From Pseudomonadota bacterium (GTDB lineage: Bacteria > Pseudomonadota > Gammaproteobacteria > Ga0077536): a stretch of DNA of 64,000 nucleotides. Both the position numbers and the translations under genes were made by a program. The stretch covers positions 7,927 to 71,926 of the forward strand of contig JAYYZW010000049.1 in the NCBI GenBank assembly GCA_036339995.1, read 5' to 3'. Below, piece by piece: positions 31,089 to 43,660 of this stretch. Each line of letters begins with the position of its first letter. The first letter of the stretch is position 1. A model generated the notes under the pieces. It did not search any database and was not told the origin of the DNA. It was given only the letters and a program-made list of their open reading frames with translations.

Positions 31089-31736
31089 ATGAAGATGTTC
31101 ATCACGGGTGTCGCGCTTGCGGTCGTCGTTGCGGCCGGCATCGTCTACGCGGGGCTTTACGATTTCGCTGCGAGTTCTCCGCACAACGCAGTCACGGAAT
31201 GGTTGTTCTCGACGGCGATGCACGCTTCGGTCGCGCGTCAGGCCCGCGACATCGAGATGCCCGACCTAAGCAGCGAAGAATTACGGCTCGTCGGCATCAG
31301 CGATTTCGATGCCATGTGCGCCGGCTGCCACGGCGCGCCGGGACGAAAATCGAAGGCCGCTGGCCAGGGGCTCAACCCACAGCCTTCGGATCTCACGGAA
31401 TCCGCGGCCGAGATGAGACCGGCCGAGCTTTTCTGGATCACCAAGCATGGCATCAGGATGACCGGCATGCCGGCATGGGGGGCGACCCATGACGATGAGT
31501 CGTTGTGGCCGGTGATCGCCTTCATGACTGAGCTGCCGCGGCTCGACGCGGCAGCTTATAACGCGATGCTGGCCCGAGCGGAAGGCCGGGGGCATCATGC
31601 GGCGGATGCGAAAGGCCATAACCACGGGGATTCCCCGCCGGCGACCGATGCGGCCAATGCCGGTACTGAAGTTGCAATCGAGGCGGTCCCCGCTGAAGGC
31701 AAGCCGAACCACGACCACAGCGGCCATTCGCACTGA
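31089..31736 (+). CDS. Membrane-anchored mono-haem c-type cytochrome with His-rich C-terminal tail
   Basis: The translation starts MKMFITGVALAVVVAAGIVYAGL, a signal anchor. There is one CAGCHG (CxxCH) motif plus a Met ligand region (TKHGIRMTGMPAW). The tail is GRGHHAADAKGHNHGD…NHDHSGHSH. Confidence 0.7.
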   Translation: MKMFITGVALAVVVAAGIVYAGLYDFAASSPHNAVTEWLFSTAMHASVARQARDIEMPDLSSEELRLVGISDFDAMCAGCHGAPGRKSKAAGQGLNPQPSDLTESAAEMRPAELFWITKHGIRMTGMPAWGATHDDESLWPVIAFMTELPRLDAAAYNAMLARAEGRGHHAADAKGHNHGDSPPATDAANAGTEVAIEAVPAEGKPNHDHSGHSH

Positions 31737-31763
31737 GCAGGCGACGCGCTGGCGCGAGCAGGT

Positions 31764-32198
31764 TCACAGCAAAGCCGGCGGGCCGGGCACGCATGCCCGT
31801 TCCTGAAAAATCGCCCTTGAAAAGCCTGGCGTGCAACCCGTAACAGTACTCGGGTGCACCCAATGGTTATGGGCGGCACTTGTCGAGGATGCTCGCGGTG
31901 AGCCGCGCTCGAACGCGAGCTGCGGCAGGAGTTCTTCATTGCGGATACGGTATTGTTCGTCGACCAATTCGTGCGTGCTGGCGCTGATGGCCTTGAGCTG
32001 CTCCACCGAGACTATCTGGTCAGGGCCGCTCTGCAAGGAGCCGAACGCGACCTGCTGTTTGAGTCCGGCCACACGGATTTCGAAGAACTCGTCCAGAGTG
32101 CTACTCGCGATGCACAGGAACTTCACCCGTTCCAACAGAGGATTCGATTCGTCCATCGCCTGGGCGAGCACGCGCCGGTTGAATTGGAGTTGGCTCAA
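31764..32198 (-). pseudogene. ppk: Polyphosphate kinase 1 N-terminal fragment (about 100 aa of about 690); rest of gene absent
   Basis: LQFNRRVLAQAMDESNPLLERVKFLCIASSTLDEFFEIRVAGLKQQV aligns with the E. coli PPK1 N-terminus [51 protein letters not shown]. Downstream the frame is unrelated and is followed directly by the cytochrome c gene. Confidence 0.65.
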
Positions 32199-32398
32199 TT
32201 CCCGGTTGATGTAAAGCTCGGGGTCTCCAATTTGAATCGTTTTGTGTCCATAAGCTCGGGCAGTCTGGATCGTCGATGCGCGGGCACGCGTTGAAACGGA
32301 TCAAGCCAAGAAGAACGGTGCGGATGCAATTTCATCAGGCTGTGTTTAAGATTGCGCGCCGTTCAATGTTCAAAGTATAAAGGCTCTGATATACCGCT

Positions 32399-33247
32399 AT
32401 GACCAAGCGCCCCAAAAAGAGAAAAAAACACGCCCGCATAAAATCGGATGGGCCATCAATGGCCGAAACCGCGGACCGCCACGTTCTGTATGAAGCCGCG
32501 GTCCAGTGCGTCGAGGCCGAAATCGATTTCGTCGACCAGGAATTCCAGAATCTTCGGGGCCGCCGCGCGCGCACTCTGCGCGAAGATTTTTGCGGCACGG
32601 CCAGCACCTCTTGTGAGTGGGTGCGGCGCCATGCGGATAACAGCGCGACGGGCGTGGACCTCGATAGCGAGGTGCTCCAGTGGGGGACAGAAAATCGTGT
32701 CGCGAACCTCGCCCCGGCCGCCCGTGAACGTATCACCCTGATCGAGGGCGACGTCCTGCGGGTCGAGACGGCGCCGCAGGACATCGTGCTGGCGATGAAT
32801 TTCAGCTACTTCAGCTTCAAGGAGCGCGCTCAGCTGCGCAGTTACTTCCGGCGTACCCTGGGCGCGCTGATCGACGAGGGCGTGTTTTTCCTCGATTGCT
32901 ACGGTGGCTACGATGCTTTCAGGGAGCTCAACGAACATACGGAGCACAAGGGATTCACCTACGTCTGGGATCAGGCGTCCTACAATCCCGTCAACGGTCA
33001 CACGAGCAACCATATTCATTTTCGTTTCGACGACGGTTCGCGAATGAAAAAGGCGTTTTCCTACGATTGGCGCCTGTGGACCCTGCCCGAAATTCGCGAG
33101 ATTCTGATGGAGGCGGGCTTCAGCCGGAGTACGGTGTACTGGCAGGGTTGGGACGAGGACGAGGAAGAGGGGTCCGACGAGTTCGAACCAGTCGAAACGG
33201 CAGATGCCGACGCGGGCTGGATTTGCTACATCGCGGCCGTCAAGTAA
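32399..33247 (+). CDS. Class I SAM-dependent methyltransferase-like protein with acidic C-terminal tail
   Basis: Motif I-like REDFCGTAS, post-I GVDLDSEVL and motif II DIVLAMNF are present. The C-terminus is WDEDEEEGSDEFEPVE. The start may be the internal Met at 32459. Confidence 0.45.
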   Translation: MTKRPKKRKKHARIKSDGPSMAETADRHVLYEAAVQCVEAEIDFVDQEFQNLRGRRARTLREDFCGTASTSCEWVRRHADNSATGVDLDSEVLQWGTENRVANLAPAARERITLIEGDVLRVETAPQDIVLAMNFSYFSFKERAQLRSYFRRTLGALIDEGVFFLDCYGGYDAFRELNEHTEHKGFTYVWDQASYNPVNGHTSNHIHFRFDDGSRMKKAFSYDWRLWTLPEIREILMEAGFSRSTVYWQGWDEDEEEGSDEFEPVETADADAGWICYIAAVK

Positions 33248-33686
33248 AGGCAAACGGCAGAAGGCTCGGAGCGATCTGGCCAGCCAACAGACCGAGGCCC
33301 ACACCGCTCGAAACGATGGCGTTTAAGCGCCAGGTATCTTTCGGGTGGGAGATCAGCCGCGCCGGACGCAGCTAGAGAGCGCCAGAACCGTCCCCAAGCA
33401 CCTGATAGGCATGCCAACGGTGCATTCCTCGATGTTTGCCCCCAACGCTATTAAAGCGATTGGCCGAAACCGCTGCAGCGCGGCCTGTGCTTCCCGCCTT
33501 TACGGCGGCAAAAGTCCATACCTCTCGGGAAATTTTTCCTTCACAAGGCACCGCGCGGCCGCAATTCGCGTTCGTAGTGCCGGCTGGCATTCGCTACCCT
33601 GCCTTTCGTCTCGAACGTCGGTGTAGTCGCAGGCTGTTCCTAGGGCCGCGCCGCGGGGCGCGCTCAAGGAAACCTTCTAAGGAGAC

Positions 33687-33960
33687 ATGGATATGTCCAC
33701 GGTCAAGAAGTTCATTGCTACATCGATGCTGCTCGCAAGCGTATTCAGCTGGATGGCAACCCATTGATATCAATACGGCCGACGCTAAGACGCTGTCAGC
33801 CCAGGTCACCGGCATCGGGCCGGCAAAGGCCGCGGCGATCGTTGCCTTTCGCGAAAAGCACGGTCCTTTCAAGTCCGTCGATGACCTCCTCCTCATTCAA
33901 GGCATCGGCGAATCCACCCTCAAGAAGAATCGCGATCGGCTGACCGCCGCCTCACCTTGA
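33687..33960 (+). pseudogene. comEA: ComEA-like helix-hairpin-helix DNA-binding protein; signal peptide and HhH domain in different frames (+1 shift near 33740..33765)
   Basis: Frame 0 reads GGAGAcATGGATATGTCCACGGTCAAGAAGTTCATTGCTACATCGATGCTGCTCGCAAGC…TGA and encodes a signal peptide, MDMSTVKKFIATSMLLASVFS. Frame 1 encodes …AGWQPIDINTADAKTLSAQVTGIGPAKAAAIVAFREKHGPFKSVDDLLLIQGIGESTLKKN…. Confidence 0.6.
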
Positions 33961-34163
33961 GTCTTTTCGGCACACCCTCCGCGGGCTGATACGCCCAGCC
34001 GGTATCGCCTCGGTGCCGGCTTTTTTTGCGCGGCTCAGGGCCCTCCTGTATGCTCTGCGCCGCACCGGGATTCGGGCTCCAAAGTCTGCCGCGTGCGGAT
34101 GAAAATTGCTCCCGGCAGTCCGGTCGAAACCGCAATAGGGCGCAGTTTTTGCGCGATGAAGTC

Positions 34164-36764
34164 ATGCAGGAGTTCCTGAAAGAGCGCTACGAGCCCGCGG
34201 TGATCGAGCCGGCGGTGCAGCGAACGTGGCGCGAAAGCGGTGTCTTCAAGGTAACCGAAGACGAAGGCCGCGAGAAATTTTATTGCCTGTCGATGTTCCC
34301 CTACCCCAGCGGCCGCCTGCACATGGGCCATGTGCGCAACTACACGATCGGGGATGTGATCTCCCGATACCAGCGCATGCTGGGGAAAAATGTATTACAA
34401 CCAATGGGTTGGGATGCGTTCGGCCTGCCGGCGGAGAATGCCGCCATCGAGAACGAGGTGCCGCCGGCCGAATGGACACGGGCGAACATCGAAACCATGC
34501 GCGGACAACTCGAGCGACTCGGTTTTGCTTACGATTGGGGTCGCGAACTCGCCACTTGCGACCCCGATTACTATCGCTGGGAGCAGTGGTTCTTCGCACG
34601 TTTGTATGAGAAGGGACTGGTTTACCGCGACACGGCGGTGGTCAACTGGGATCCGGTCGACCAGACCGTTCTCGCCAACGAACAGGTGATCGACGGTTGC
34701 GGCTGGCGCTCGGGAGCGCCGGTCGAACGCCGTGAGATTCCACAATGGTTCTTAAGGATTACCGCCTATGCCGATGAACTGCTAGAAGGACTCGATCGAC
34801 TCGACGGCTGGCCCGAAGCCGTCAAGACCATGCAGCGGAACTGGATCGGACGCTCCGAAGGTCTGCTCATCCGTTTCCCCCTGAGCGACGGCTCCGGCGA
34901 CCTCGCGGTGTACACGACGCGTCCCGATACACTGCTCGGCGCGACTTATATGGCCATCGCCCCGGAGCACCCCCTAGCGGTCGCCGCTGCGGTCGGCAAC
35001 GACAAACTGGAAGCTTTTCTGGATTCATGCCGGCGGCAATCCACCAGCGAAGCCGTCCTCGCACGGGTGGAAAAGCGCGGTGAACCGCTGGGATTTAACG
35101 TAAACCATCCCCTGACCGGTGATCGGCTGCCCGTGTGGGTCGCCAATTTCGTTCTGATGGCTTACGGCACCGGCGCTGTGATGTCGGTTCCCGCACATGA
35201 CCAGCGCGACTGGGAATTCGCGAGCGAGCATCGATTGCCGATCCGCCAGGTGGTGGCGCCGGCGGACGGTGCAGCCGTCGATATAGACCGTGGCGCATTT
35301 ACCGATCACGGCGTGCTGGTAAACAGCGGGGCATTCGACGGCCTGGATTTTCCCTCCGCGTTCGACGCGATCGCCGCGGCGCTCGAGCACCACGGCCGCG
35401 CCGAACGGCGGATACAGTACCGCTTGCGCGACTGGTTGGTGTCGCGTCAACGTTACTGGGGCTGTCCCATTCCGGTCCTCTACGGCGATGGCGGCGAGGC
35501 GGTGCCGGAGGTTGACGAAGGCCTTCCCGTGGTCCTGCCTGAGGAGGTCGAGTGGGCGGGTGTCGCTTCACCTCTGCGCTCGATGCCCGACTTCATTGAC
35601 GCAACGATGCCAACGGGCGCGCCGGCGCGGCGTGAGACGGACACCTTCGACACGTTTTTCGAATCGTCGTGGTATTTTTCACGTTTCTGCTGCCGCGACA
35701 ATGAGAAGGCGATGGTCGACGATCGCGTCGATTACTGGATGCCGGTCGATATCTATGTCGGCGGTATCGAGCATGCGGTGCTGCATTTACTCTACGCGCG
35801 TTTCTTTCACAAGGCGATGCGCGACGCCGGCCTCGTGGCGTCGGACGAACCCTTTACGCGACTATTGACCCAGGGGATGGTGTGCAAGGAAACGTACTAC
35901 CGTGAAAACGAGCACGGCCGGTGGCAGTACTTCAATCCTGATGAGGTCGAGGTGGAAACGGACGCCAAGCGCCGCGTAACCGCGGCGCGCTTGATCAGAG
36001 ACGGACAGCCGGTCACGATAGGACCGGTCGAGAAGATGTCGAAATCCAAAAATAACGGTGTCGACCCGCAGGGGCTTATCGATCGTTACGGAGCTGACAC
36101 GATTCGTTTATACACGATGTTCGCCGCGCCTCCGGATCAGACGCTAGAGTGGTCAGATACCGCCGTCGAAGGCGCTTCCAGGTTCATCAAGTCCTTGTGG
36201 CGCTTAACGCGCAAACACGTAGACGGCGGGCATGCAACGGCGGTATGCCCCTCCACACTTACTGAGGATCTCAAGGCGTTGCGGTGCCACACACATGAAA
36301 CGATCGCGAAGGTCACCGACGACATCGGCAGGCGGTATAAATTCAACACCGCAATCGCCGCGGTGATGGAGTTGGTCAATCATATTGCGCGTTCGGACGA
36401 CAACTCCGAAGCGGCCGGGGCAGTACGCCAGGAGGGCTTGGAAACAGCCGTATTGCTGTTGGCACCGATCGTCCCGCACGTCGCCTCGGTACTGTGGCAG
36501 GCGCTCGGTCACACAGACGATATCATTGAAGCTGTCTGGCCCCGGCCCGACGCGAATGCGATGGTACGCGAGGAAATCGAGATCGTGGTGCAGGTCAACG
36601 GCAAGAAACGCGCGGTCATCCAGGTCCCCGCCGACGCGGGCAAGGCGGACTGTGAGGCGGCGGCCATGGCCGACGACAACGTCAAACGCTTTACCTCGGA
36701 GAAAACGATCCGCAAGATCGTCGTCGTACCCGGAAAACTCGTGAATGTAGTCGTATCAGCCTGA
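34164..36764 (+). CDS. leuS: Leucine-tRNA ligase
   Basis: The translation reads [24 protein letters not shown]…[25 protein letters not shown]…KMSKSKNN and is about 866 aa. Confidence 0.95.
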   Translation: MQEFLKERYEPAVIEPAVQRTWRESGVFKVTEDEGREKFYCLSMFPYPSGRLHMGHVRNYTIGDVISRYQRMLGKNVLQPMGWDAFGLPAENAAIENEVPPAEWTRANIETMRGQLERLGFAYDWGRELATCDPDYYRWEQWFFARLYEKGLVYRDTAVVNWDPVDQTVLANEQVIDGCGWRSGAPVERREIPQWFLRITAYADELLEGLDRLDGWPEAVKTMQRNWIGRSEGLLIRFPLSDGSGDLAVYTTRPDTLLGATYMAIAPEHPLAVAAAVGNDKLEAFLDSCRRQSTSEAVLARVEKRGEPLGFNVNHPLTGDRLPVWVANFVLMAYGTGAVMSVPAHDQRDWEFASEHRLPIRQVVAPADGAAVDIDRGAFTDHGVLVNSGAFDGLDFPSAFDAIAAALEHHGRAERRIQYRLRDWLVSRQRYWGCPIPVLYGDGGEAVPEVDEGLPVVLPEEVEWAGVASPLRSMPDFIDATMPTGAPARRETDTFDTFFESSWYFSRFCCRDNEKAMVDDRVDYWMPVDIYVGGIEHAVLHLLYARFFHKAMRDAGLVASDEPFTRLLTQGMVCKETYYRENEHGRWQYFNPDEVEVETDAKRRVTAARLIRDGQPVTIGPVEKMSKSKNNGVDPQGLIDRYGADTIRLYTMFAAPPDQTLEWSDTAVEGASRFIKSLWRLTRKHVDGGHATAVCPSTLTEDLKALRCHTHETIAKVTDDIGRRYKFNTAIAAVMELVNHIARSDDNSEAAGAVRQEGLETAVLLLAPIVPHVASVLWQALGHTDDIIEAVWPRPDANAMVREEIEIVVQVNGKKRAVIQVPADAGKADCEAAAMADDNVKRFTSEKTIRKIVVVPGKLVNVVVSA

Positions 36765-36767
36765 GAC

Positions 36768-37280
36768 ATGTCGAACCGAACGAAAATCGCTGCCGTTCTG
36801 GCGCTGGCCTGTTCCATACAGGCTTGTGGCGGCTGGTATCTGCGCGGTGAAGGTCCGAACAAGTTTCCATTCGAGACCGCGTACGTCAATTCGGCCAATG
36901 CACCCAAGGTATCGACCGCGGTTCGTACCGCACTCGTCAACCGCGGCGTTCGAGTTACCGGAAAACGCACGGAAGCCGAGGTCGTCGTAGAACTCAGTAG
37001 CGAGAATTTCGATCGGCGAGTTCTTTCGGTCGATCCCGGCACCGGCAAGGTCCGCGAGATCGAACTGGGGCTGCAAGCCTATTTCTCCGTGCACAGCGGC
37101 GACGGCAAGTTGCTTGTGCCGGCCGAGTTAGTGAATTGGCAACTGGATTACGTCTTCGACGAAGGCTCGTTGCTGGGTACGGTCGAACAAGCTCAAACCG
37201 TGCGTCACGATCTGGCGGAGACGGCCGCGACGACCTTGATGATGCGCTTGCAGGCCGTACACCTGCCGGCGGCCGAGTGA
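36768..37280 (+). CDS. lptE: LPS-assembly lipoprotein LptE
   Basis: 170 aa. The lipoprotein signal is …LALACSIQACGGWYLRG (compare CGFHLRG in LptE). It lies immediately after leuS, the conserved leuS-lptE-holA order. Confidence 0.8.
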   Translation: MSNRTKIAAVLALACSIQACGGWYLRGEGPNKFPFETAYVNSANAPKVSTAVRTALVNRGVRVTGKRTEAEVVVELSSENFDRRVLSVDPGTGKVREIELGLQAYFSVHSGDGKLLVPAELVNWQLDYVFDEGSLLGTVEQAQTVRHDLAETAATTLMMRLQAVHLPAAE

Positions 37281-37297
37281 GGCAGTACCCAAACTGA

Positions 37298-38335
37298 ATG
37301 CAGGTCAACAGCGAACGCCTCAATGACCGCCTTCGCGACCACGGTTTGGATGCGGTCTATTTCTTCTACGGCGACGAACCCTTGCAACTAACCGAATGTG
37401 TCGACGCCGTGCGTCGCCACGCGTCGGGGGAGGGAGTCGACGAACGGATCGTTTTCGACGCCGAAGTCGGCATCGACTGGCCTGCACTATCCGTTGAAAG
37501 CCGCGCCTTGTCGCTTTTCGGTGCTCGCCGCCTCATCGAAATCCGGTTAGGCGGCCGAAAACCCGACAAGAACGGGGCCGTCGTCCTTGCAGAACTCGCG
37601 GCGCGGGAACAGGCTGATGACGTACTGCTGGTGACCGCGAGCAAGCTCGATCCAGGCGCGCGGAAGACCCGATGGTTCAAGGCCATCGAGCAAAACGCAG
37701 TCTGCGTAGTGGTGCGGGATCTCAAAGCCGGCGCCTTGCCGGGATGGTTGAGCGGACGTGCACGCCGTTCCGGCAAACGATTGTCGACGGCCGCGGCCGC
37801 ATTCATCACCGATCGCGTGGAAGGCAACATGCTCGCCGCGGCGCAGGAAGTCGAAAAGCTGTGTCTGCTGGTCGACGGCCAGGAAATCGGCGAGTCCGAC
37901 GTGATCAACGCGGTTCGCGACAGCGCGCGCTACGATGTCTTTCAGCTGACGGACGCCGTCGTTGCGGGCGAACTTCCTCGCGCGATACGAGTGATTCGCG
38001 GGTTGCGCGAGGAAGGGGCGGAACCGGTTTTCGTGAACTGGGCACTAGGCCGTGAACTCAGACAGCTCGCATCGATGGCGGCAGCGCGTGCAGGTGGCAT
38101 GCAAACCGTCCAGGTGATGGAGAAATATCGCATCTGGCAATCGCGCAGGCGCCTGGTCACGCGTGCGCTCGAACGATTCAAACTGGATGAATTATCTGCG
38201 CTGCTGGCGTACGCTAACTTCATCGATACCTTGATCAAGGGTGCGCGAGCAGGCGATCCCTGGGATGCGCTGGAAATTCTGATTGTCAACGCAACAGGGC
38301 ATACGAAATTTAGAGCGCTTTTAGCCAACCATTAA
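37298..38335 (+). CDS. holA: DNA polymerase III delta subunit
   Basis: 345 aa. The N-terminus [31 protein letters not shown] and the synteny with lptE support the call. Confidence 0.85.
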   Translation: MQVNSERLNDRLRDHGLDAVYFFYGDEPLQLTECVDAVRRHASGEGVDERIVFDAEVGIDWPALSVESRALSLFGARRLIEIRLGGRKPDKNGAVVLAELAAREQADDVLLVTASKLDPGARKTRWFKAIEQNAVCVVVRDLKAGALPGWLSGRARRSGKRLSTAAAAFITDRVEGNMLAAAQEVEKLCLLVDGQEIGESDVINAVRDSARYDVFQLTDAVVAGELPRAIRVIRGLREEGAEPVFVNWALGRELRQLASMAAARAGGMQTVQVMEKYRIWQSRRRLVTRALERFKLDELSALLAYANFIDTLIKGARAGDPWDALEILIVNATGHTKFRALLANH

Positions 38336-38339
38336 TCCG

Positions 38340-39620
38340 ATGCAACAGGCTGTACGACAATCCAAAGCGGACGACATTGTTGCCCGCGTTCACGCCATAG
38401 CCGCCGAAGCGCGCGAAGCGAGCCGGGCGATGGCGCGCGCCACTACGGCTGAGAAGGACGAGGCGTTACGGGGAATCGCGCAAAGGATCCGGGAGTCGAG
38501 TGACGTGATTTTTGACGCCAACCGCCGGGATCTCGACGTGGCCGTCGATCTCGATGCAGCGCTTCGCGATCGCTTGGAGTTGGATCCGGAACGCGTCGAA
38601 GCGATGGCGCTCGGCATTCTTCAAGTAGCGCAACTCCCCGATCCCATCGGCGCCATCACGGATCTCAACTACCGGCCGAGCGGCATCCAGGTCGGCCGCA
38701 TGCGGGTGCCCCTTGGTGTCGTCGGGATTATTTATGAATCACGCCCCAACGTGACGGCGGATGCTGCGACGCTGTGCCTTAAATCCGGTAATGCGGCGAT
38801 ACTGCGCGGTGGTTCGGAAGCACAGGCGTCAAACCAAGCGATCGCAGAGTGCGTACGTGGGGGGCTCGAAGCGGCAAACCTCCCCGCGGCTGCCGTACAG
38901 ATCGTTAAAACGACCGATCGCGCGGCCGTCGGCGCCTTGCTGGCCTTGCATGATCTAATCGATGTGATCATTCCGCGCGGCGGCAAGGGTTTGATCGAAC
39001 GGGTCAGCAGGGAGGCGCGCATGCCGGTGATCAAGCACCTCGACGGCGTTTGCCACGTCTTTCTCGACGACGCCGCCGACAGTGCGAAAGCGCGGCGCAT
39101 CGCCTTCAACGCCAAAACGCAGCGTTATGGCACCTGTAACACGATGGAAACCCTGCTCGCGGCGCCGAATACTGCCGAAAAGGTATTTCCGAAGCTCATC
39201 GAGGATTACCTCGATGCCGGCGTTGAGCTTCGAGGGTGCGCACGTACGCGTGCGTTCAATGATGCCGTCAAGGAAGCAAGCGAAGACGATTACTACGAGG
39301 AATTCCTCGCACCGGTACTCGCAGTTCGGATCGTCGACGATCTGGATGCCGCCATCGATCACATCCGCACTTACGGATCGCAACACACGGACGCTATCGT
39401 CACAGAGAATCTCGAGCACGCCCGCCGGTTTATCAACGAAGTCGATTCGAGCTCGGTCATCGTCAATGCCTCCACCCGCTTCGCTGACGGCTTTGAGTAC
39501 GGTCTCGGGGCGGAGATCGGGATTAGCACGGATAAATTTCACGCGCGCGGCCCGGTCGGGCTCGAGGGCCTGACCTCGCAGAAATGGGTGGTGCTGGGAG
39601 ACGGGCACATTCGGGAATGA
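38340..39620 (+). CDS. proA: Gamma-glutamyl phosphate reductase
   Basis: 426 aa of the aldehyde dehydrogenase superfamily, with strong ProA-like N- and C-termini (…[10 protein letters not shown]). Confidence 0.9.
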   Translation: MQQAVRQSKADDIVARVHAIAAEAREASRAMARATTAEKDEALRGIAQRIRESSDVIFDANRRDLDVAVDLDAALRDRLELDPERVEAMALGILQVAQLPDPIGAITDLNYRPSGIQVGRMRVPLGVVGIIYESRPNVTADAATLCLKSGNAAILRGGSEAQASNQAIAECVRGGLEAANLPAAAVQIVKTTDRAAVGALLALHDLIDVIIPRGGKGLIERVSREARMPVIKHLDGVCHVFLDDAADSAKARRIAFNAKTQRYGTCNTMETLLAAPNTAEKVFPKLIEDYLDAGVELRGCARTRAFNDAVKEASEDDYYEEFLAPVLAVRIVDDLDAAIDHIRTYGSQHTDAIVTENLEHARRFINEVDSSSVIVNASTRFADGFEYGLGAEIGISTDKFHARGPVGLEGLTSQKWVVLGDGHIRE

Positions 39621-39663
39621 GGTCCGCCGCCTGCGTGCAATAGCCGGCTGATTTTGATCTTGT

Positions 39664-40323
39664 ATGAATTCCGGGAAACAAGCGCGTACGCGATCATGTC
39701 CTATTGGAATTCTAGGTGGCAGCTTCGATCCGGTTCACCACGGCCACCTACGCGTCGCCATCGAGGCGCACGAGGCGCTCGACCTCGATCATGTCCGACT
39801 TGTTCCCTTACATACGCCCAGTCATCGCAACGCTCTCCAGACAACAGCTGAAGTGCGTGTTGAAATGTTGCGCGGGATTGCGCGCGCGCCTATCGAAATC
39901 GATCTTCGAGAAATCGAACGTGGCGGTGTCAGCTACACGGTCGACACCTTGACCAGCTTGCGCAGTGATTGGCCTGATGTGCCGTTGTGCCTGTTAATGG
40001 GCGCCGATTCGTATCGATCGCTGCCGAGTTGGCACCGGCCGAAGGAGATTCTTCGACTGGCACATGTTGTCGTAGCGGCCCGTCCCGGATCCTATGATCA
40101 TGACGGTTCCGGACTTGACGAAATCATCGGGAGTGCGCAGGCTGATACCGTGGATGATCTCCATGACAGTATCGCCGGGCGAGTTTTTTTTCTCGATATT
40201 CCTCTACTTCCCATTGCGTCCAGTGAGCTGCGCGCGCGCCGCGCCACGGGGCGGGATATTCGACATCTGGTACCCGATATAGTGAACGACATCATTATCG
40301 ACCAAGGTCTGTACATGGCATGA
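39664..40323 (+). CDS. nadD: Nicotinate-nucleotide adenylyltransferase
   Basis: 219 aa. GILGGSFDPVHHGHL is the (H/T)xGH nucleotidyltransferase motif. Confidence 0.9.
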   Translation: MNSGKQARTRSCPIGILGGSFDPVHHGHLRVAIEAHEALDLDHVRLVPLHTPSHRNALQTTAEVRVEMLRGIARAPIEIDLREIERGGVSYTVDTLTSLRSDWPDVPLCLLMGADSYRSLPSWHRPKEILRLAHVVVAARPGSYDHDGSGLDEIIGSAQADTVDDLHDSIAGRVFFLDIPLLPIASSELRARRATGRDIRHLVPDIVNDIIIDQGLYMA

Positions 40324-40712
40324 TCCGAGGCAAGAACGATAGCGAAGACACTTTCACGGAAACACTCGCGGGGCAATTACACGAGGCCCTCGACGACGGT
40401 ACGGCCCTCGACATTCGAACCTTGGACGTGCGGAAAATGACGATCATTACCGACTTCATGGTGATCGCTTCAGGACGTTCAAACCGGAAGGTCAAAGCCC
40501 TGTTAGAGCGGGTCCTCGGAGAGGCGCGCGCGGTCGGTGCAAAGGTTCTGGGTATTGAGGGCGATCGCCAGGGCGAGTGGGTATTGGTCGATCTCGGCGG
40601 CGTCGTTATTCATATCATGCAGCCGCAAGTCCGTGAGTTCTATCAACTTGAAAAATTGTGGGATGTGCGGCCAACAGCGAAGCTGAGCCAGGCGTTCTCC
40701 GGGCAGGCCTGA
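40320..40712 (+). CDS. rsfS: Ribosomal silencing factor RsfS (Iojap)
   Basis: 130 aa. It has an ATGA overlap with nadD. The motif …ITDFMVIASGRSNRKVKAL…WVLVDLGGVVIHIMQ…YQLEKLW is the RsfS signature. Confidence 0.85.
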   Translation: MIRGKNDSEDTFTETLAGQLHEALDDGTALDIRTLDVRKMTIITDFMVIASGRSNRKVKALLERVLGEARAVGAKVLGIEGDRQGEWVLVDLGGVVIHIMQPQVREFYQLEKLWDVRPTAKLSQAFSGQA

Positions 40713-40818
40713 AACACACGGCCGCGGCTGTTCTTGCAATCCGGCCTTTAGCGCACTGCCACACCGCACCATCGAGCCATCTTGTAAGAAACGCTTTTGA
40801 GATAGGCGCGCTAGGGCG

Positions 40819-41418
40819 ATGACGGTCGTAGGTGAAGACAGTCTCTATCTCGCCTCGCGCTCGCCGCGTCGCGCCGATCTGCTGCGCTTACTAGGCGTGA
40901 AATTCCGGGTGGTGGAGGTCGACGTCGATGAGTCGCCCATAGCGCAGGAATCACCGGAAAACCACGTCCGCCGTACGGCGCTTGCGAAGGCGGCCGCCGG
41001 ACGTGCCACGCTTCGTGAAGACGCCGTCGTTGTGGCCGCCGACACAGCGGTCAGCGTCGACGGACTGATCTTCGGCAAGCCGCGGGATCGCTCGCACGCA
41101 ACCGAGATGCTGAACGTCCTGTCGGGGCGCTGGCATGAGGTATTGACCGCCGTCGTCCTTGGCGGCGAAACGGATACCTTGTGCCGTGTTGTTCGCTCGA
41201 GGGTGCAATTCACGATTCTCGATGCGCAAACGATCGAAGCCTACTGGCAAACCGGGGAACCTGCCGACAAGGCGGGCGCCTATGGCATTCAGGGCATCGG
41301 CGGCGCGCTGGTAAAGCAGATCGACGGCAGCTATTCGGCGGTGGTCGGTTTGCCGCTGTATGAGACCTCGACGCTGCTGGATGAGGCCGGTATCGGGCAC
41401 GCCTTGAGCGGCACATGA
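40819..41418 (+). CDS. maf: Maf-family nucleoside triphosphate pyrophosphatase
   Basis: 199 aa. It has the …LYLASRSPRRADLLRLLGV… motif and the Maf C-terminal …AYGIQGIGGALV… motif. Confidence 0.85.
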   Translation: MTVVGEDSLYLASRSPRRADLLRLLGVKFRVVEVDVDESPIAQESPENHVRRTALAKAAAGRATLREDAVVVAADTAVSVDGLIFGKPRDRSHATEMLNVLSGRWHEVLTAVVLGGETDTLCRVVRSRVQFTILDAQTIEAYWQTGEPADKAGAYGIQGIGGALVKQIDGSYSAVVGLPLYETSTLLDEAGIGHALSGT

Positions 41419-41470
41419 GAATGACCGGCACACACGCGGATAAGTTTGAGATAGGTTCTAGTCTCCATCC

Positions 41471-41496
41471 AGAAAAAGTAACTCTCTTGCGAGAGG
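41471..41496 (-). terminator. Putative rho-independent terminator of hppA
   Basis: On the minus strand the hairpin CTCTC-GCAA-GAGAG is followed by TTACTTTTTCT. It lies 25 nt after the hppA stop, between the convergent maf and hppA genes. Confidence 0.5.
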
Positions 41497-41520
41497 AATA
41501 GTGATGTTTCTGGACGGGCC

Positions 41521-43533
<2,013 letters not shown>

Positions 43534-43660
43534 CAGAAAAGCCCTCAGTTAGGAGTCTGTATGGCATAGGGAATCAACTGCGGCGGCAGAAAATCGGCCG
43601 AATTCAGCCGGAATTTGCCTGTCATCTCCCCGGATGAGCGCGGCAGATTGTACTTTGGAA

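Noticed and set aside
33248-33686. RNase P RNA, tmRNA or 6S RNA in long non-coding gaps (also 25305..25638, 46703..47239)
   Set aside because: None of the universal motifs is present: GGAAAGUCCGG…ACAGAACCCGGCUUA for rnpB, and GGGGCUGAUUCUGGAUUCGACGGG or the tag ORF for ssrA.
33436-33960. 174-aa ORF as the full-length comEA
   Set aside because: The upstream 80 codons have no signal peptide or start context. The real ribosome-binding site, start codon and signal peptide are at 33687 in another frame, which implies a frameshift.
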